Counted from the first letter of the stretch, positions 10,783 through 20,373 are shown. The stretch: DNA of 64,000 bases from Candidatus Latescibacterota bacterium (GCA_965206595.1 OZ242214.1:6368001-6432000); one strand, 5' to 3'. Translations and numbers: made by a program. The notes: generated by a model not told the origin, from the sequence alone.

Positions 10783-11250
10783 GAGGCCGCTCCTTTGGTG
10801 GGAAGTAAAAGCGGTTCCGCTGTCACCGTGGCGGCGAGGCGCTCGCCGAAGTACTCGATCTCGACGCCGGTTCCCGGCGCGGCGTTCCGCACCGGCAGGT
10901 AGCCGTAGGCGATATGCCTGCCGACCGTGTAGCCGCGGTTGCTGCTGGTGACCGAGCCCAGCACCCGCTCCCCTCCGAGGATCGGTTCCTTCCCGAGGAT
11001 AATCGCCTCCAGGTCGTCGAGGGTCATGCAGCTCAGCCGGCGCTTCACCCCCCGCTCGCGCAGCGCCAGCAGGGCGTCCCGGCCGAGGAAGTTCCCCTTG
11101 TCGAGCTTCACCGTCCAGCCGAGGCCGGCCTCGAAGGGGTCGTGCCCGGTGTCGATGTCGCTGCCCCGCAGGCGGTACCCCCTCTCCAGGCGCAGCGAGT
11201 CGAAGGCCCCCGACCCCAGGGCGGCGATCCCGGCGTCTTGCCCCGCCTGA
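10779..11250 (-). pseudogene. C-terminal GcvT (aminomethyltransferase) domain fragment of a dimethylglycine/sarcosine dehydrogenase-like protein
   Basis: AFDSLRLERGYR, PFEAGLGWTVKLDKGNFLGR, GSVTSSNRGYTVGRHIAYGYLP, EIEYFGER. FAD and N-terminal folate domains are absent. Confidence 0.8.
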
Positions 11251-11311
11251 CCCGGGCTGGCGCCAGCCTCCTTCACTTGCCCCGCCCCGCGGGCAATCCC
11301 TTCTTCGCTTC

Positions 11312-13639
11312 ATGCTGCTCCCGCTGATTATCGCCGCTGCGGCGGCGGCCGCCCAGGCCGCCGGATCCCCGCCGTTCACCCTGGTGCAGGCGTTCCCCAC
11401 TCTGCCGGTAGAGTCCCCGGTCTTCATGGGACCGTCCGGGGACGGCAGCGGCCGTCTCTTCCTCGCGGAGAAATCAGGCCTGATCCGGGTGTTCCACCCG
11501 GCGCGGCAGGACACCGGCGCCGTCTTCATCGACCTGCAGCCCCAGGCGCGCGACTTCAGGCCGGAGACCGGCCTCCTCGGGCTGGCCTTCCATCCCGGGT
11601 TCGCCGCCAACGGGCGCTTCTTCGTGCACTACTCCGGGGAGAGCTTCCGCACCGTGCTGTCGGAGTTCCGCGTTTCCGGGGAGGACCCGGACCGCGCCGA
11701 CCCGGAGGAGCGGATCCGCCTCGTGGTTTCCCAGCCGACAGACAGCCACAACGGCGGCCACATCGAGTTCGGCCCCGACGGCTACCTCTACATGGGCCTC
11801 GGAGACGGCGGCGGCGTGGAGGGAGTGGAACGCTACGATCACGGCCAGGACCTCACCACCCTTCTCGGGACGATCCTGCGGCTCGACGTCGACGCCGGCG
11901 GCGAGGGGTACGGCATTCCCGCGGACAACCCGTTCGCCGGCAACGAGCGCGGCTGGCGCGAGGAGATATGGGCCTTCGGCCTGCGCAATCCCTGGCGTTT
12001 CAGCTTCGACCCGTTCTCCGGGCTGATCTGGGTGGGGGACGTCGGCGAGAAGGACCGCGAAGAGATCGACCTCGTCGAGCGGGGCGGCAACTACGGCTGG
12101 GCGCGCATGGAGGGGACCCTGTGCCGGGACGCGGACGGCTGTGACGACGGTCTCATCCCGCCGGTGTTCGAGTACGGGCGCGAGGAGGGGGTGGCCGTGA
12201 TCGGGGGGTTCGTGTACCAGGGAAGCCGCTGGCCGCAGCTGGCCGGCCTCTACCTGTTCGGCGACTTCGGCTCGCGCAAGGTCTGGGCCCTGCGCCGGGA
12301 CGGGGAGGCCTGGAGCAGCGAGCTGCTGGCGGTGGCCGACGACCACGTCCTCGCCTTCGGGCGGGACGCCGCGGACGAGCTGTACGTGCTGGCGAGCAAT
12401 GCCGTGTACCGGCTCGAGTCCGCGGCAGGGCGGGAACTGCCGCCGCCGCGGCTGTCGCAGACCGGGGTCTTCTCCAGCATGGCCTCACAGGAGCCGGCCG
12501 CCGGGGTGGCGCCGTACGAGGTCAACGCCCCGCTCTGGTCGGACGGCGCCGGCAAGCGGCGCTACCTCGTGCTGCCGGAGGGGGGGCGCATCCGCTTCCG
12601 GAGCGGCGGCGCCTGGGAGCTTCCGAACGGGACCGTGCTCGTCAAGAGCTTCTACGCCGGAGAGCGGATCGCCGAGACGCGGCTGCTGATCAAGCGCTCC
12701 GGCTACCCGGGATGGGACGGCTACTCCTACAAATGGAATGACGAGGAGACCGAGGCCTTCCTGCTTGAGGTGGCCGAGACCGCGGAGTACGCGGTCTCCT
12801 CGCCGGACGGGGCCCGCATCCACAGCCACTACTTCCCGTCGCGCGGCCAGTGCGGCGACTGCCACACGCCGGCGTCCGGGTACGTGCTCGGCCTGCGCAC
12901 GGGGCAGATGAACCGCGGCGGCCGGATCGAGAGCTGGGAACGGGACGGGCTGTTCGCCGGCGAGCTGCCGCCCCCCGGGACCTGGGCGAAGTGGCCTGAG
13001 CCCGCGGACGAGAGCGTCCCCCTGGAGCCGCGGGCTCGCGCCTACCTCGCCGCCAACTGCGCCAACTGCCATCGCCCGGGCCACGGCATCCGCGCCGAGT
13101 TCGACCTGCGCTTCGACACGCCGCTGACAGAGACAGGGATCCTCGAGCGCGCCCGGCTCGGAAATATTGGAGTGCACGAGGCAAAGGTCGTGGAGCCGGG
13201 GGAGCCGGGGCGCTCCCTGCTGTACCTGCGCATGCTCGAAACCGGCAGGTGGCGCATGCCGCCGCTGGCGACCGCCCTGATCGACACGCAGGGGGCGCGG
13301 CTGGTGAGCCGCTGGATCGAGCGCCTCGGGGATCCGACCGCAATCGAGGTGGCCCTGGGCGGGGAGCTTCTTCCGCGGGAGTTCGCCCTGCTGCCGCCGT
13401 ATCCCAACCCGGCCAACGCAAGCCTGTCGATACCGTTCGCTCTCGGCGCTTTGGGGGATGCCCGGCTGGAGGTGTTCAGCCTCGCGGGCCAACGGGTCGA
13501 GACGCTGCTGGAGGGAACGACTCCGGCCGGCCGCCACTTGCTGCGCTGGGACAGCGCAGGCAACGCGAGCGGGGTCTACGTGGTCCGCCTGATGGCGGGG
13601 AGCCGGATGCAGTCGCGCAAGGTCATGCTGCTGCGCTGA
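11312..13639 (+). CDS. Secreted PQQ-dependent sugar (glucose/sorbosone) dehydrogenase fused to a diheme cytochrome c and a T9SS type-A-like CTD
   Basis: Signal peptide; HNGGHIEFGPDGYLYMGLGDGG, WAFGLRNPWRFSFD; PYEVNAPLWSDGA; heme motifs CGDCH and CANCH; C-terminus PYPNPAN...VFSLAGQRV...ASGVYVVRL...RKVMLLR. Confidence 0.9.
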   Translation: MLLPLIIAAAAAAAQAAGSPPFTLVQAFPTLPVESPVFMGPSGDGSGRLFLAEKSGLIRVFHPARQDTGAVFIDLQPQARDFRPETGLLGLAFHPGFAANGRFFVHYSGESFRTVLSEFRVSGEDPDRADPEERIRLVVSQPTDSHNGGHIEFGPDGYLYMGLGDGGGVEGVERYDHGQDLTTLLGTILRLDVDAGGEGYGIPADNPFAGNERGWREEIWAFGLRNPWRFSFDPFSGLIWVGDVGEKDREEIDLVERGGNYGWARMEGTLCRDADGCDDGLIPPVFEYGREEGVAVIGGFVYQGSRWPQLAGLYLFGDFGSRKVWALRRDGEAWSSELLAVADDHVLAFGRDAADELYVLASNAVYRLESAAGRELPPPRLSQTGVFSSMASQEPAAGVAPYEVNAPLWSDGAGKRRYLVLPEGGRIRFRSGGAWELPNGTVLVKSFYAGERIAETRLLIKRSGYPGWDGYSYKWNDEETEAFLLEVAETAEYAVSSPDGARIHSHYFPSRGQCGDCHTPASGYVLGLRTGQMNRGGRIESWERDGLFAGELPPPGTWAKWPEPADESVPLEPRARAYLAANCANCHRPGHGIRAEFDLRFDTPLTETGILERARLGNIGVHEAKVVEPGEPGRSLLYLRMLETGRWRMPPLATALIDTQGARLVSRWIERLGDPTAIEVALGGELLPREFALLPPYPNPANASLSIPFALGALGDARLEVFSLAGQRVETLLEGTTPAGRHLLRWDSAGNASGVYVVRLMAGSRMQSRKVMLLR

Positions 13640-13661
13640 GCCGGGGGGCGAGCCGGTTAAG

Positions 13662-15522
13662 CCTTTGTTATTCATTCAACCCGCGCATAAGCGGACATAG
13701 GCGCTTCCGAGACCCCTTCGCTTAGCCTCAGAGGCTTGCGTCCCTTCTATAGTCGGCTTTTTGGGTAGAGCCGTCTCCTTATCTCTACCGACCTTGTTGA
13801 AATTGTACGCGCCTTCTCGAAGACGCTTGCCTTTGCGAGCCCATCATCCCGACCGACCCGGCCTGCGCTTACGCCATCGCCGCGTCCACCGGTTTGAGCG
13901 TGGCCAGAAATCTCCACAGACGATCCCAGGCAGCCGCCGTCCCTTGGGTCAGGATGACGCCCACCCTGCGCCCATGCAAGGTGACGCGGGACGGCAGGCG
14001 CAGGTAGCGCCGTCGAAAACTGTCCAGGCTCAGGGCCGTCGTCGAGCGTCCGTATGTGCGGGGCCGCCCGCGTCGGGCCTCGGCGCGTTCGGCGGCCTGG
14101 CGGCCCAGGTGAAGCAGGTTGTAGGCCAGCAGGTTCAAGGTCAGAAGCGCCTGGTTGGCAGCGAAGGCATCCCGGGACGGGGTGCGCTGACGCGGCTCTC
14201 GACCCCGGTAGTGTTGCTTGCGACGGGTGGTAGAGGAGAGCTGAGGCTGGAGGGTGGAGCTCAACTCGCCGAGCATGCGCTCGAAAAGGCCGCGCTGACG
14301 ATAAAAGGCGACCAGGTCGCGGCCGCTCATCGTCTGGGGACTCTGGTCGGTGATCAGGAAGAAGTGGCGGGCGATGGGCAGCTCTTCCGTCTCGGAAGGG
14401 ACCAGGACCAACACCACCCGCCGGGGCTGCGCCCAGGACCTGGCTTGATAGCGCAGCTCGCGACAGCGAAAACCCTCTTCCCGCAGCTCTTCCGGGTGCT
14501 GCGCCAGCTCCTGCTGATAGCCTTCCACCCAGGCACGAGCCAGCTCCTCCAGGCGCGCATTCTTCTTGATGCGCGCCACGTACGAGGTGTCGGCCCGCGC
14601 TTCCAGCTCACTCAGGAAAGACCCGCTCACCGAGGCCGCGTCGAAGCGCAGGATGAGGCGCCGGGCCAGATGCGACTGAATCCAGTCCAAGCGCTTGCCG
14701 AGAGCCTCTGAGGCACCCTCATGGGCGTGCACGTTGCCCGGCCGCAGCACGGCACCGAAGAAATCGCCCGTCTGCGCCGAGCCGAGGAGCAGGGGATGGT
14801 ACCCCGAGGCGTGGAAGTAGCCGTTGTATTCGACCCCCGCCTGGTGCCCGTGCGCCGGCATCGGCAGGGCATCCATGTCGACGGCCAACTCCTCGTATTT
14901 CATCCGTCCTTCCAGCAGCCGGCAACGAGACCGGGCGCTGCGCAGGACGGCTTCCTCCAACACCTCGCGGTTATAGGCAGTCGAGGCTTGCTCGAGCAGG
15001 CGCGACAGCGTCGGCTGACTGGCCAGTCCCTGCGGCCGGTCTTCGTCGCCGCTGCGCAACGGCGCCTGCCCTTTGCGATCGCTGACCGCCAGACGCAGGA
15101 TCGGATCTTGGCGCAACGCGTCGGCGTCGGCGGCGTGGGTCCAGCCCTGTGCCAGCAGCACGATCTGTGTGCGCAGCAGCTCCGGCAGCGGGTGCGTGAT
15201 CTGGTCTTGGGTACGGAGATCCTCGAAGTGGGCGTCGACCCAATCCAGAACCCGGCTGTGTTCGAGCAGTTGACGCAACATCAGCGCACCGGTGTCGCTG
15301 CCAAGGTGGGTGGGGCGGGCTTCGATGTGGATGGAGCGGTTGAAAGACGGCTGAATCGGCCCGGCTTGCTCGGACTCGGTGTGTGACGGTAATTCACCCA
15401 TTGGGTGTCCTACTGTGTGATGGGTTCAAAGGGCGATACTGCCTTGTGTTTCCCTCTGAAATCTAAGCATGGGAGGCACCCAGTACAGCCCTCTCCACTA
15501 AAATTCCATGAATAACAAGGGG
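13662..15522 (-). mobile_element. IS1380-family insertion sequence
   Basis: Terminal IRs CCTTTGTTATTCAT (13662-13675) and ATGAATAACAAGGG (15508-15521), 13/14 match. Flanking TAAG at 13658-13661 and 15523-15526 is a candidate 4-bp TSD. Confidence 0.88.
13869..15401 (-). CDS. IS1380-family DDE transposase
   Basis: SDTGALMLR, LASQPTLSRL, DMDALPMPAHGHQ, YNGYFH..YHPL, LRPGNVH, RFDAA, FYRQRGLFE, FAANQA motifs. Confidence 0.93.
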   Translation of the reverse strand: MGELPSHTESEQAGPIQPSFNRSIHIEARPTHLGSDTGALMLRQLLEHSRVLDWVDAHFEDLRTQDQITHPLPELLRTQIVLLAQGWTHAADADALRQDPILRLAVSDRKGQAPLRSGDEDRPQGLASQPTLSRLLEQASTAYNREVLEEAVLRSARSRCRLLEGRMKYEELAVDMDALPMPAHGHQAGVEYNGYFHASGYHPLLLGSAQTGDFFGAVLRPGNVHAHEGASEALGKRLDWIQSHLARRLILRFDAASVSGSFLSELEARADTSYVARIKKNARLEELARAWVEGYQQELAQHPEELREEGFRCRELRYQARSWAQPRRVVLVLVPSETEELPIARHFFLITDQSPQTMSGRDLVAFYRQRGLFERMLGELSSTLQPQLSSTTRRKQHYRGREPRQRTPSRDAFAANQALLTLNLLAYNLLHLGRQAAERAEARRGRPRTYGRSTTALSLDSFRRRYLRLPSRVTLHGRRVGVILTQGTAAAWDRLWRFLATLKPVDAAMA

Positions 15523-15763
15523 TAAGATAAGTGAGAAACCAAGCGAGATCGGAAAATCCTGTGCCTAGGATGGAAGAGCAAGAAGGTGGGTAGGTTCCTG
15601 GCTGAACAGGGTGTATTTTCTTTCAGCTGGTAGCTGTTGAACGGGGAAAACCAAATGAGTTGACCGACCGCTTTGGTCAACTTGGAATTTCGTAGTGATC
15701 GCGGCATCGGATCAGTGCTGATTTGGGAAGCCCCAAGCGGGGAAAGAAGGAGGAAAAAGAAAA

Positions 15764-16027
15764 GTGACAGAACGTCGCGTAACTGTTCCGGGGCCTGATG
15801 GAAATAGTGTGGAGGGGGTAGTGGTTGGCATCATAGAATCTAGAGAGAAATTCAGCGAAATACGCCTTGAGGACGGAACAACTTTGAGAATGAAGCCAAA
15901 CATCCAGAGAGTTGTTCGGCTGACTGATATGTGGGATGATGAAGGGAATCCGCTATACTGGGTTTCTCATAATGCGATAATTTCGATTCACGAGGCCCCG
16001 TCAGATCTTCTGAAGAGGTTGAAATGA
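15764..16027 (+). CDS. Small hypothetical protein, 87 aa, low GC
   Basis: GGAGG RBS upstream; AT-rich codons; LEDGTTLRMK...DDEGNPLY; stop overlaps next ATG. Confidence 0.7.
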   Translation: MTERRVTVPGPDGNSVEGVVVGIIESREKFSEIRLEDGTTLRMKPNIQRVVRLTDMWDDEGNPLYWVSHNAIISIHEAPSDLLKRLK

Positions 16028-16440
16028 AAGAACTCATTCACCCATTGTATAGAAGTCGGACGGGGATTGCCCAAGGTAGCAGTGCGGTTTCTTTTTCTGG
16101 GTCTGACCGCGTTGTCGCTGCACAGGACGATTTTGACCCCAAAAAGTCCTCCGTTGCCCCCACCCGGGGGGTTTTGACCAGGTTGAGCAGGGACGAAGAT
16201 TGCAACTACCCTGGAATTGTAAAAACACCTGGAATTTGTGGAGGAGACGCTCGAATAGAGAACACAAGAATCCCAGTCTGGGGGTTAGTGCGTTCTAAAG
16301 AGTTGGTAGAGGATGATGAAAAGCTATTGGAGGCATATCCCAATTTGACTATGCAGGATTTAAAAAATGCATGGAATTACTACCACAATAACTATAGGGA
16401 GATAGACAACAGCATTTACGAAAACGAGAAAGACCAGTAA
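16024..16440 (+). CDS. DUF433-domain protein (putative antitoxin) with N-terminal extension
   Basis: IVKTPGICGGDARIENTRIPVW...LLEAYPNLTMQDLKNAWNYY is the DUF433 signature. Confidence 0.88.
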   Translation: MKELIHPLYRSRTGIAQGSSAVSFSGSDRVVAAQDDFDPKKSSVAPTRGVLTRLSRDEDCNYPGIVKTPGICGGDARIENTRIPVWGLVRSKELVEDDEKLLEAYPNLTMQDLKNAWNYYHNNYREIDNSIYENEKDQ

Positions 16441-16441
16441 C

Positions 16442-16480
16442 ATGGCGAAGCTGTATTCCAATGAACATTTTCCATATTCT
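16442..16480 (+). pseudogene. Truncated DUF5615 PIN-like toxin start
   Basis: MAKLYSNEHFP directly after DUF433 resembles the usual MARLYxDENFP start of the partner toxin; similarity ends after about 11 codons. Confidence 0.6.
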
Positions 16481-16649
16481 CAAAATCGCTGTCCTCCACT
16501 CGCTTCATTCTTTAGCAAATCTCTTGTACTGTTGATGGTAACTGTCCCTGACAGTGGCCCCCTGTTCGGGGTAGAGTTGTTCAGGCTGTTGAAACAGACC
16601 ATAGGGACGCCGATCTGTCCGGCGGGAGAAAATTCCGGCCAGTATTGCC

Positions 16650-17462
16650 TTAGCGTCCGCGCGCGAGCAGCTTGCGCACCTTCTCCTCGTCACCGGGATT
16701 GGTGACGCCGATCCAGTCCTCGCTGGAGACGTACACGTCCATCACCAGCTTTCCGGATGAAACGAGACGGTCGATCTCGGTCGGCAGCAGGCACTCCGCC
16801 GCGGGATCGCCGGCATGCTCCGCCTTGAAGGAGGCGAGCGCCTCTTCGAACAGCGCCAGCGCCGGAGGGTGGAACCCGAACAGGTTGACGTTGCCGAGGG
16901 TGTCCGGCGTCAGGCCCCGGGCCTCGATGTTGTCGCGGTCGAGATCGAACAGTTCGGTGGCCGCCTTCAGGGTCCCGTCCTCGTTGAGTTCGAAGACCCC
17001 CCGGTTCACCGTCCCTTCCTCGGGCAGCATCTTCGCCAGCGGGAACCCCACGGTGGCGGCGTTCCCCGACCTCGCCAGGTGATCGGTGAGGAGCCTGAAC
17101 GCCTGCTCGCCGCATAGGTCGTCGCCGTTGGAGACCACGAACGGACCGCCGGTGAAGTCCCGGGCGGCGCAGACCGCATCGACGGTGCCCCACGGCTTCT
17201 TCCGGGCCGCGGGGTCGAACTCCTGCAGGGCGTAGTCGACCGGAACCCCCCTGTGCCCGGAGCCGAACAGCTCCTCGAAATGGGTGCGCGTGGCTTCGCC
17301 GACGACGAAGACGATCCGGGAAATTCCCGCGCTCAGCGCCTGGTCGAGAATCAGCTCGACGAGCCTTTCATTGTTGGGGCCGACCTTTGCGAACCCCTTG
17401 ATGCGGCCGCCGAAACGCCGCGAGAGGCCCGCGACCATGCAGACGAGTGTGACCTCGGACAT
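16650..17462 (-). CDS. Sugar-phosphate nucleotidyltransferase family protein
   Basis: MVAGLSRRFGG-K, RKKPWGTVDAV, FVVSNGDDL, GTVNRG, WIGVTNPGD. Confidence 0.88.
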   Translation of the reverse strand: MSEVTLVCMVAGLSRRFGGRIKGFAKVGPNNERLVELILDQALSAGISRIVFVVGEATRTHFEELFGSGHRGVPVDYALQEFDPAARKKPWGTVDAVCAARDFTGGPFVVSNGDDLCGEQAFRLLTDHLARSGNAATVGFPLAKMLPEEGTVNRGVFELNEDGTLKAATELFDLDRDNIEARGLTPDTLGNVNLFGFHPPALALFEEALASFKAEHAGDPAAECLLPTEIDRLVSSGKLVMDVYVSSEDWIGVTNPGDEEKVRKLLARGR

Positions 17463-17780
17463 ACGTCGAAACCGTCAGGAAATGGGGGATGAAGCAGTTG
17501 CGGCAGGGGATTCGTCCAACATAGGGGCTGCCCGGTTGCGCGCAAACACCCATCCCTCGGCTCTTCCCGGCGCCTGGTTGCGGCCGCGCGACACCCTCAG
17601 GCGAGCCTGAAAAGCCGGGGCATGCCGGCGCCTTCCCGTAATCGCGCCAATCCCTGCCGGGCAACCCTCCCTCAAGGCGGCGGCAATTCCCGCGAGTACC
17701 GTGAAGCCGGCCGGCACCGCTGAATTTCAGTATCGTCACCGGGACAACTCGAAAGTTCCCACTCCAACCTGGAGGTCGCC

Positions 17781-18706
17781 ATGCCGCGGTTGCGCCCCCT
17801 GCCCTTCGTCTACCCTCCTTTCGACTTCCTCGAGGACGAGCGCGTCCAGGACGAGCTGATCGCCGGCGGGGTCGGCGACCTGATGCTCGTCTTCGGCCAC
17901 CTCTACGACGAACGCCCGCACCAGGAGGCGGCGCCCCGCGGCGCCCGCACCAATGGGCGGTTCGTTCGCGATTACTTCGCCACCCCCCGCCGCGGGCGCA
18001 TGGTCCCGGCGGCATTCCGGGCTACCCCCGAGCTCTACGAAGGGGTCGGCGCCAGGCCCCCGGAGCTGCCGCCCGGGATGGAGGAGAAGTCCGAGCGCCT
18101 CGGGGCCGTGATCGAGCAGCTGTCGTCCAAGGGAGTGCGGGTCTGCGTCTTCGGCTACCTCGGCGAGGGCCCGGACGGAGAGGCCGAGTGGGCGTCCGAA
18201 GAGTCGAGGCGGGACCACGGCTGGGAGTACGTCGAAGCCCGCGTCCGCGACTTCCTGCTGCACTTCCCGTCGCTGGCCGGCTTCGTCACCGACGGCCCCG
18301 GATTCGGGTACGAGATCACCCCCGGCTTCACCGGCGGAGGTCCGCTGACCTTCGCGCCGCTGCCAACAGGAGAGGATGCCCGGGCCCTCGCCGCGGAGCT
18401 AGGCGGCGACCTGGAAGAGATGAATGCGGCATCCGGCCGGCTGCGCGAGTGCCTGCGGGGCCTCACCCCGGAGAAGGTCGACCTGTTCCTCGACAGCCAG
18501 GCCGGCATCTTCGACGCCGTCGACCTGTTGATGGAGGACGACGCCGTCGTCGACCTGCTGCGCTTCAAGACCCTGGCGACCGAGCGCCAGGTCGCGGCGA
18601 TGAGCCGGGCCATCAAGGCGGCCGACCCCCGGCTCGAGTACGGCATCTGCCCCCGGTTGCCCTGCTTCGTCCCCTTCCAGGGCTGCAACTTCCGCCGCCT
18701 CCACCA
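17781..18706 (+). pseudogene. Hypothetical protein (possibly TIM-barrel-like), apparently 3'-truncated at about 18700
   Basis: GGAGG RBS and high-GC codon usage up to GCNFRRL. The ORF then runs through a terminator and antisense into mazG. Confidence 0.65.
18692..18706 (+). other. tmRNA 3'-end-like sequence (candidate att site)
   Basis: CCGCCGCCTCCACCA, preceded by GGCTGCAACTT resembling GGTTCRANTC, and followed by an intrinsic terminator. Confidence 0.55.
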
Positions 18707-18713
18707 TTTTCTA

Positions 18714-18748
18714 GGGCGCAACCTCGGTTCGGGGTTGCACCCTTTTTT
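18714..18748 (+). terminator. Rho-independent terminator
   Basis: GGGCGCAACCTCG-gtt-CGGGGTTGCACCC followed by TTTTTT. Confidence 0.8.
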
Positions 18749-18916
18749 GACCTGCAGCAGCGGCTCATCCCCGAGATCAGGGTCGCCCGAAAACGTCCTC
18801 TCCCTGAACGGGGTAGAGCGAGAGAGAAGCCGAAAGCACGCCGCGGCAGGCCGTCGATTCGCGCCGAGTCCTGATTGCCGGCGGAGAGCGGACGCCTCGG
18901 GGCTCGGGCCCCCTCC

Positions 18917-19753
18917 TTATCCTTCCGACTCCTTCACTTCCTCCCAGACTCGGTCCATCTCCTCGAGCGAGGCCTCCTCGAGATCGCACCCGGCGGCGCG
19001 GAAGCGCTTCTCGACGGCGCGGAACCTGCGCTCGAACTTGGCGACCGCTCGTCGCAGCGCCTCTTCGGGACAAAGGCGCAGGAAGCGGCCTGTGTTGACC
19101 AGCGCGAACAGCAGGTCGCCCATCTCCTCCTCAACACGGGCCCCCTCGCCGGGGCCCGCAGCTGTAACTCCGGCACCTGAGGGCCTCTCCCTAGCCGCCA
19201 GTTCCAGGCGCAGTTCCTCGAACTCCTCGGCTACCTTGTCGAGCGCGCCCCCTGCATGCTCCCAGTCGAACCCCGTCTTCGAGGCCTTTTCCTGAATCCG
19301 CTGCGCGCGCAGCAGCGCCGGAAGCTCCGCGGGCACCCCGTCGAGAGCGGAAACCGGATGCTCGCGGTTCTCCTCCCGCTCCGATCTCTTGATCCGTTCC
19401 CAGTTGGCAACCACCTCGTCGGCGTCCTCTACCTCGGTGCTGCCGAATACGTGCGGATGGCGGCGGATCAGCTTGTCGACGATCGCCGCGGCGACGTCGT
19501 CGATCGTGAAGCGCCCCGCCTCCGCGGCGATCTGGGAATGGAATATCACCTGCAGGAGAACGTCTCCGAGCTCCCCGACGAACTCCCGGTCGCTACCCGA
19601 GTCGATCGCCTCGAACAGCTCGTACGTCTCCTCGAGAAGGAACGGTTTGAGGGTAGCGTGGGTCTGCTCGCGGTCCCAGGGGCAGCCGTCCCGGGCCCGC
19701 AGGTGCGCCATGATCCCCACCAGGCGCTCGATACCCGAACCTTGCCCGCTCAT
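18917..19753 (-). CDS. mazG: Nucleoside triphosphate pyrophosphohydrolase MazG
   Basis: GCPWDREQTH, LLEETYE, ELGDVLLQVIFH, KLIRRHPHVF, EEEMGDLLF. Confidence 0.96.
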   Translation of the reverse strand: MSGQGSGIERLVGIMAHLRARDGCPWDREQTHATLKPFLLEETYELFEAIDSGSDREFVGELGDVLLQVIFHSQIAAEAGRFTIDDVAAAIVDKLIRRHPHVFGSTEVEDADEVVANWERIKRSEREENREHPVSALDGVPAELPALLRAQRIQEKASKTGFDWEHAGGALDKVAEEFEELRLELAARERPSGAGVTAAGPGEGARVEEEMGDLLFALVNTGRFLRLCPEEALRRAVAKFERRFRAVEKRFRAAGCDLEEASLEEMDRVWEEVKESEG

Positions 19754-20151
19754 TCCCCCTCCCCCTCGCCGGCCGCGGTCTGCAACTCGGTGTACTTGAG
19801 GTTGCGGCCCCTCGCTTTCTCGACCGGGTACTGTTGCGCGGATAGCGCCAGCTTTTCCGCGAGAATGGAGCTCGTGTCCAGTCCGAGGTTTGCGCACATC
19901 AGGAGCACGAAGTAGAGGACGTCGGCCAGCTCGTGGGCGACCCGCCGCCGCTGCCCGGAATCGACCATCATTCCTTCGATCTCCTCGTTGCTGCGAAAGC
20001 GGAACTGCTCGAGTAGCTCAGCGGCCTCGATCGCCAGCCCGATGGCCAAGTCCTTGGGAAAATGATACTGGTCCCAGTCGCGGTCGCTGACGAACTCGCG
20101 TACCCGGGCCTTGAGCTCGGCCACAACCGTGCTGTCGTCGTTGAATTCCAT
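19750..20151 (-). CDS. MazG-like nucleotide pyrophosphohydrolase (dCTP pyrophosphatase 1-like)
   Basis: RDWDQYHFPKDLA, EAAELLEQF, ELADV, YPVEKARG...KYTEL. Confidence 0.92.
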   Translation of the reverse strand: MEFNDDSTVVAELKARVREFVSDRDWDQYHFPKDLAIGLAIEAAELLEQFRFRSNEEIEGMMVDSGQRRRVAHELADVLYFVLLMCANLGLDTSSILAEKLALSAQQYPVEKARGRNLKYTELQTAAGEGEGE

Positions 20152-20373
20152 CCGGTCTCCCCTCGTAGGTGTAGGACGAAATCTCTGTTGCCATCTTCCC
20201 AGAGACCGCCCTATATTGCCCCTCTGTCTCGTGGCGGTCGCGAGGCTTTTTTCTACTTGGTTCCACGAAAATACCTCAGTAAATCTTTCCCTCGCGTGCG
20301 ACCTGCACCCTCGTCGCGCGGGCAGGCCGGGACTGTTTCGTGCAGCCAATCCACGGGAGAGAGCGGGCGGAAA

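Noticed and set aside
8530-11610. 1026-aa ORF as a long PQQ protein
   Set aside because: The N-terminal ~370 aa are mostly shadow frames of the GcvT remnant and the opposite-strand gene, plus part of the BHMT remnant; the real start is about 10488.
17781-19295. 504-aa full-length ORF
   Set aside because: It runs through a terminator and antisense over mazG after codon ~308.
20259-20274. parS-like GGTTCCACGAAAATAC upstream of parA
   Set aside because: Only one half-site matches TGTTCCACGTGGAACA and no parB is adjacent.
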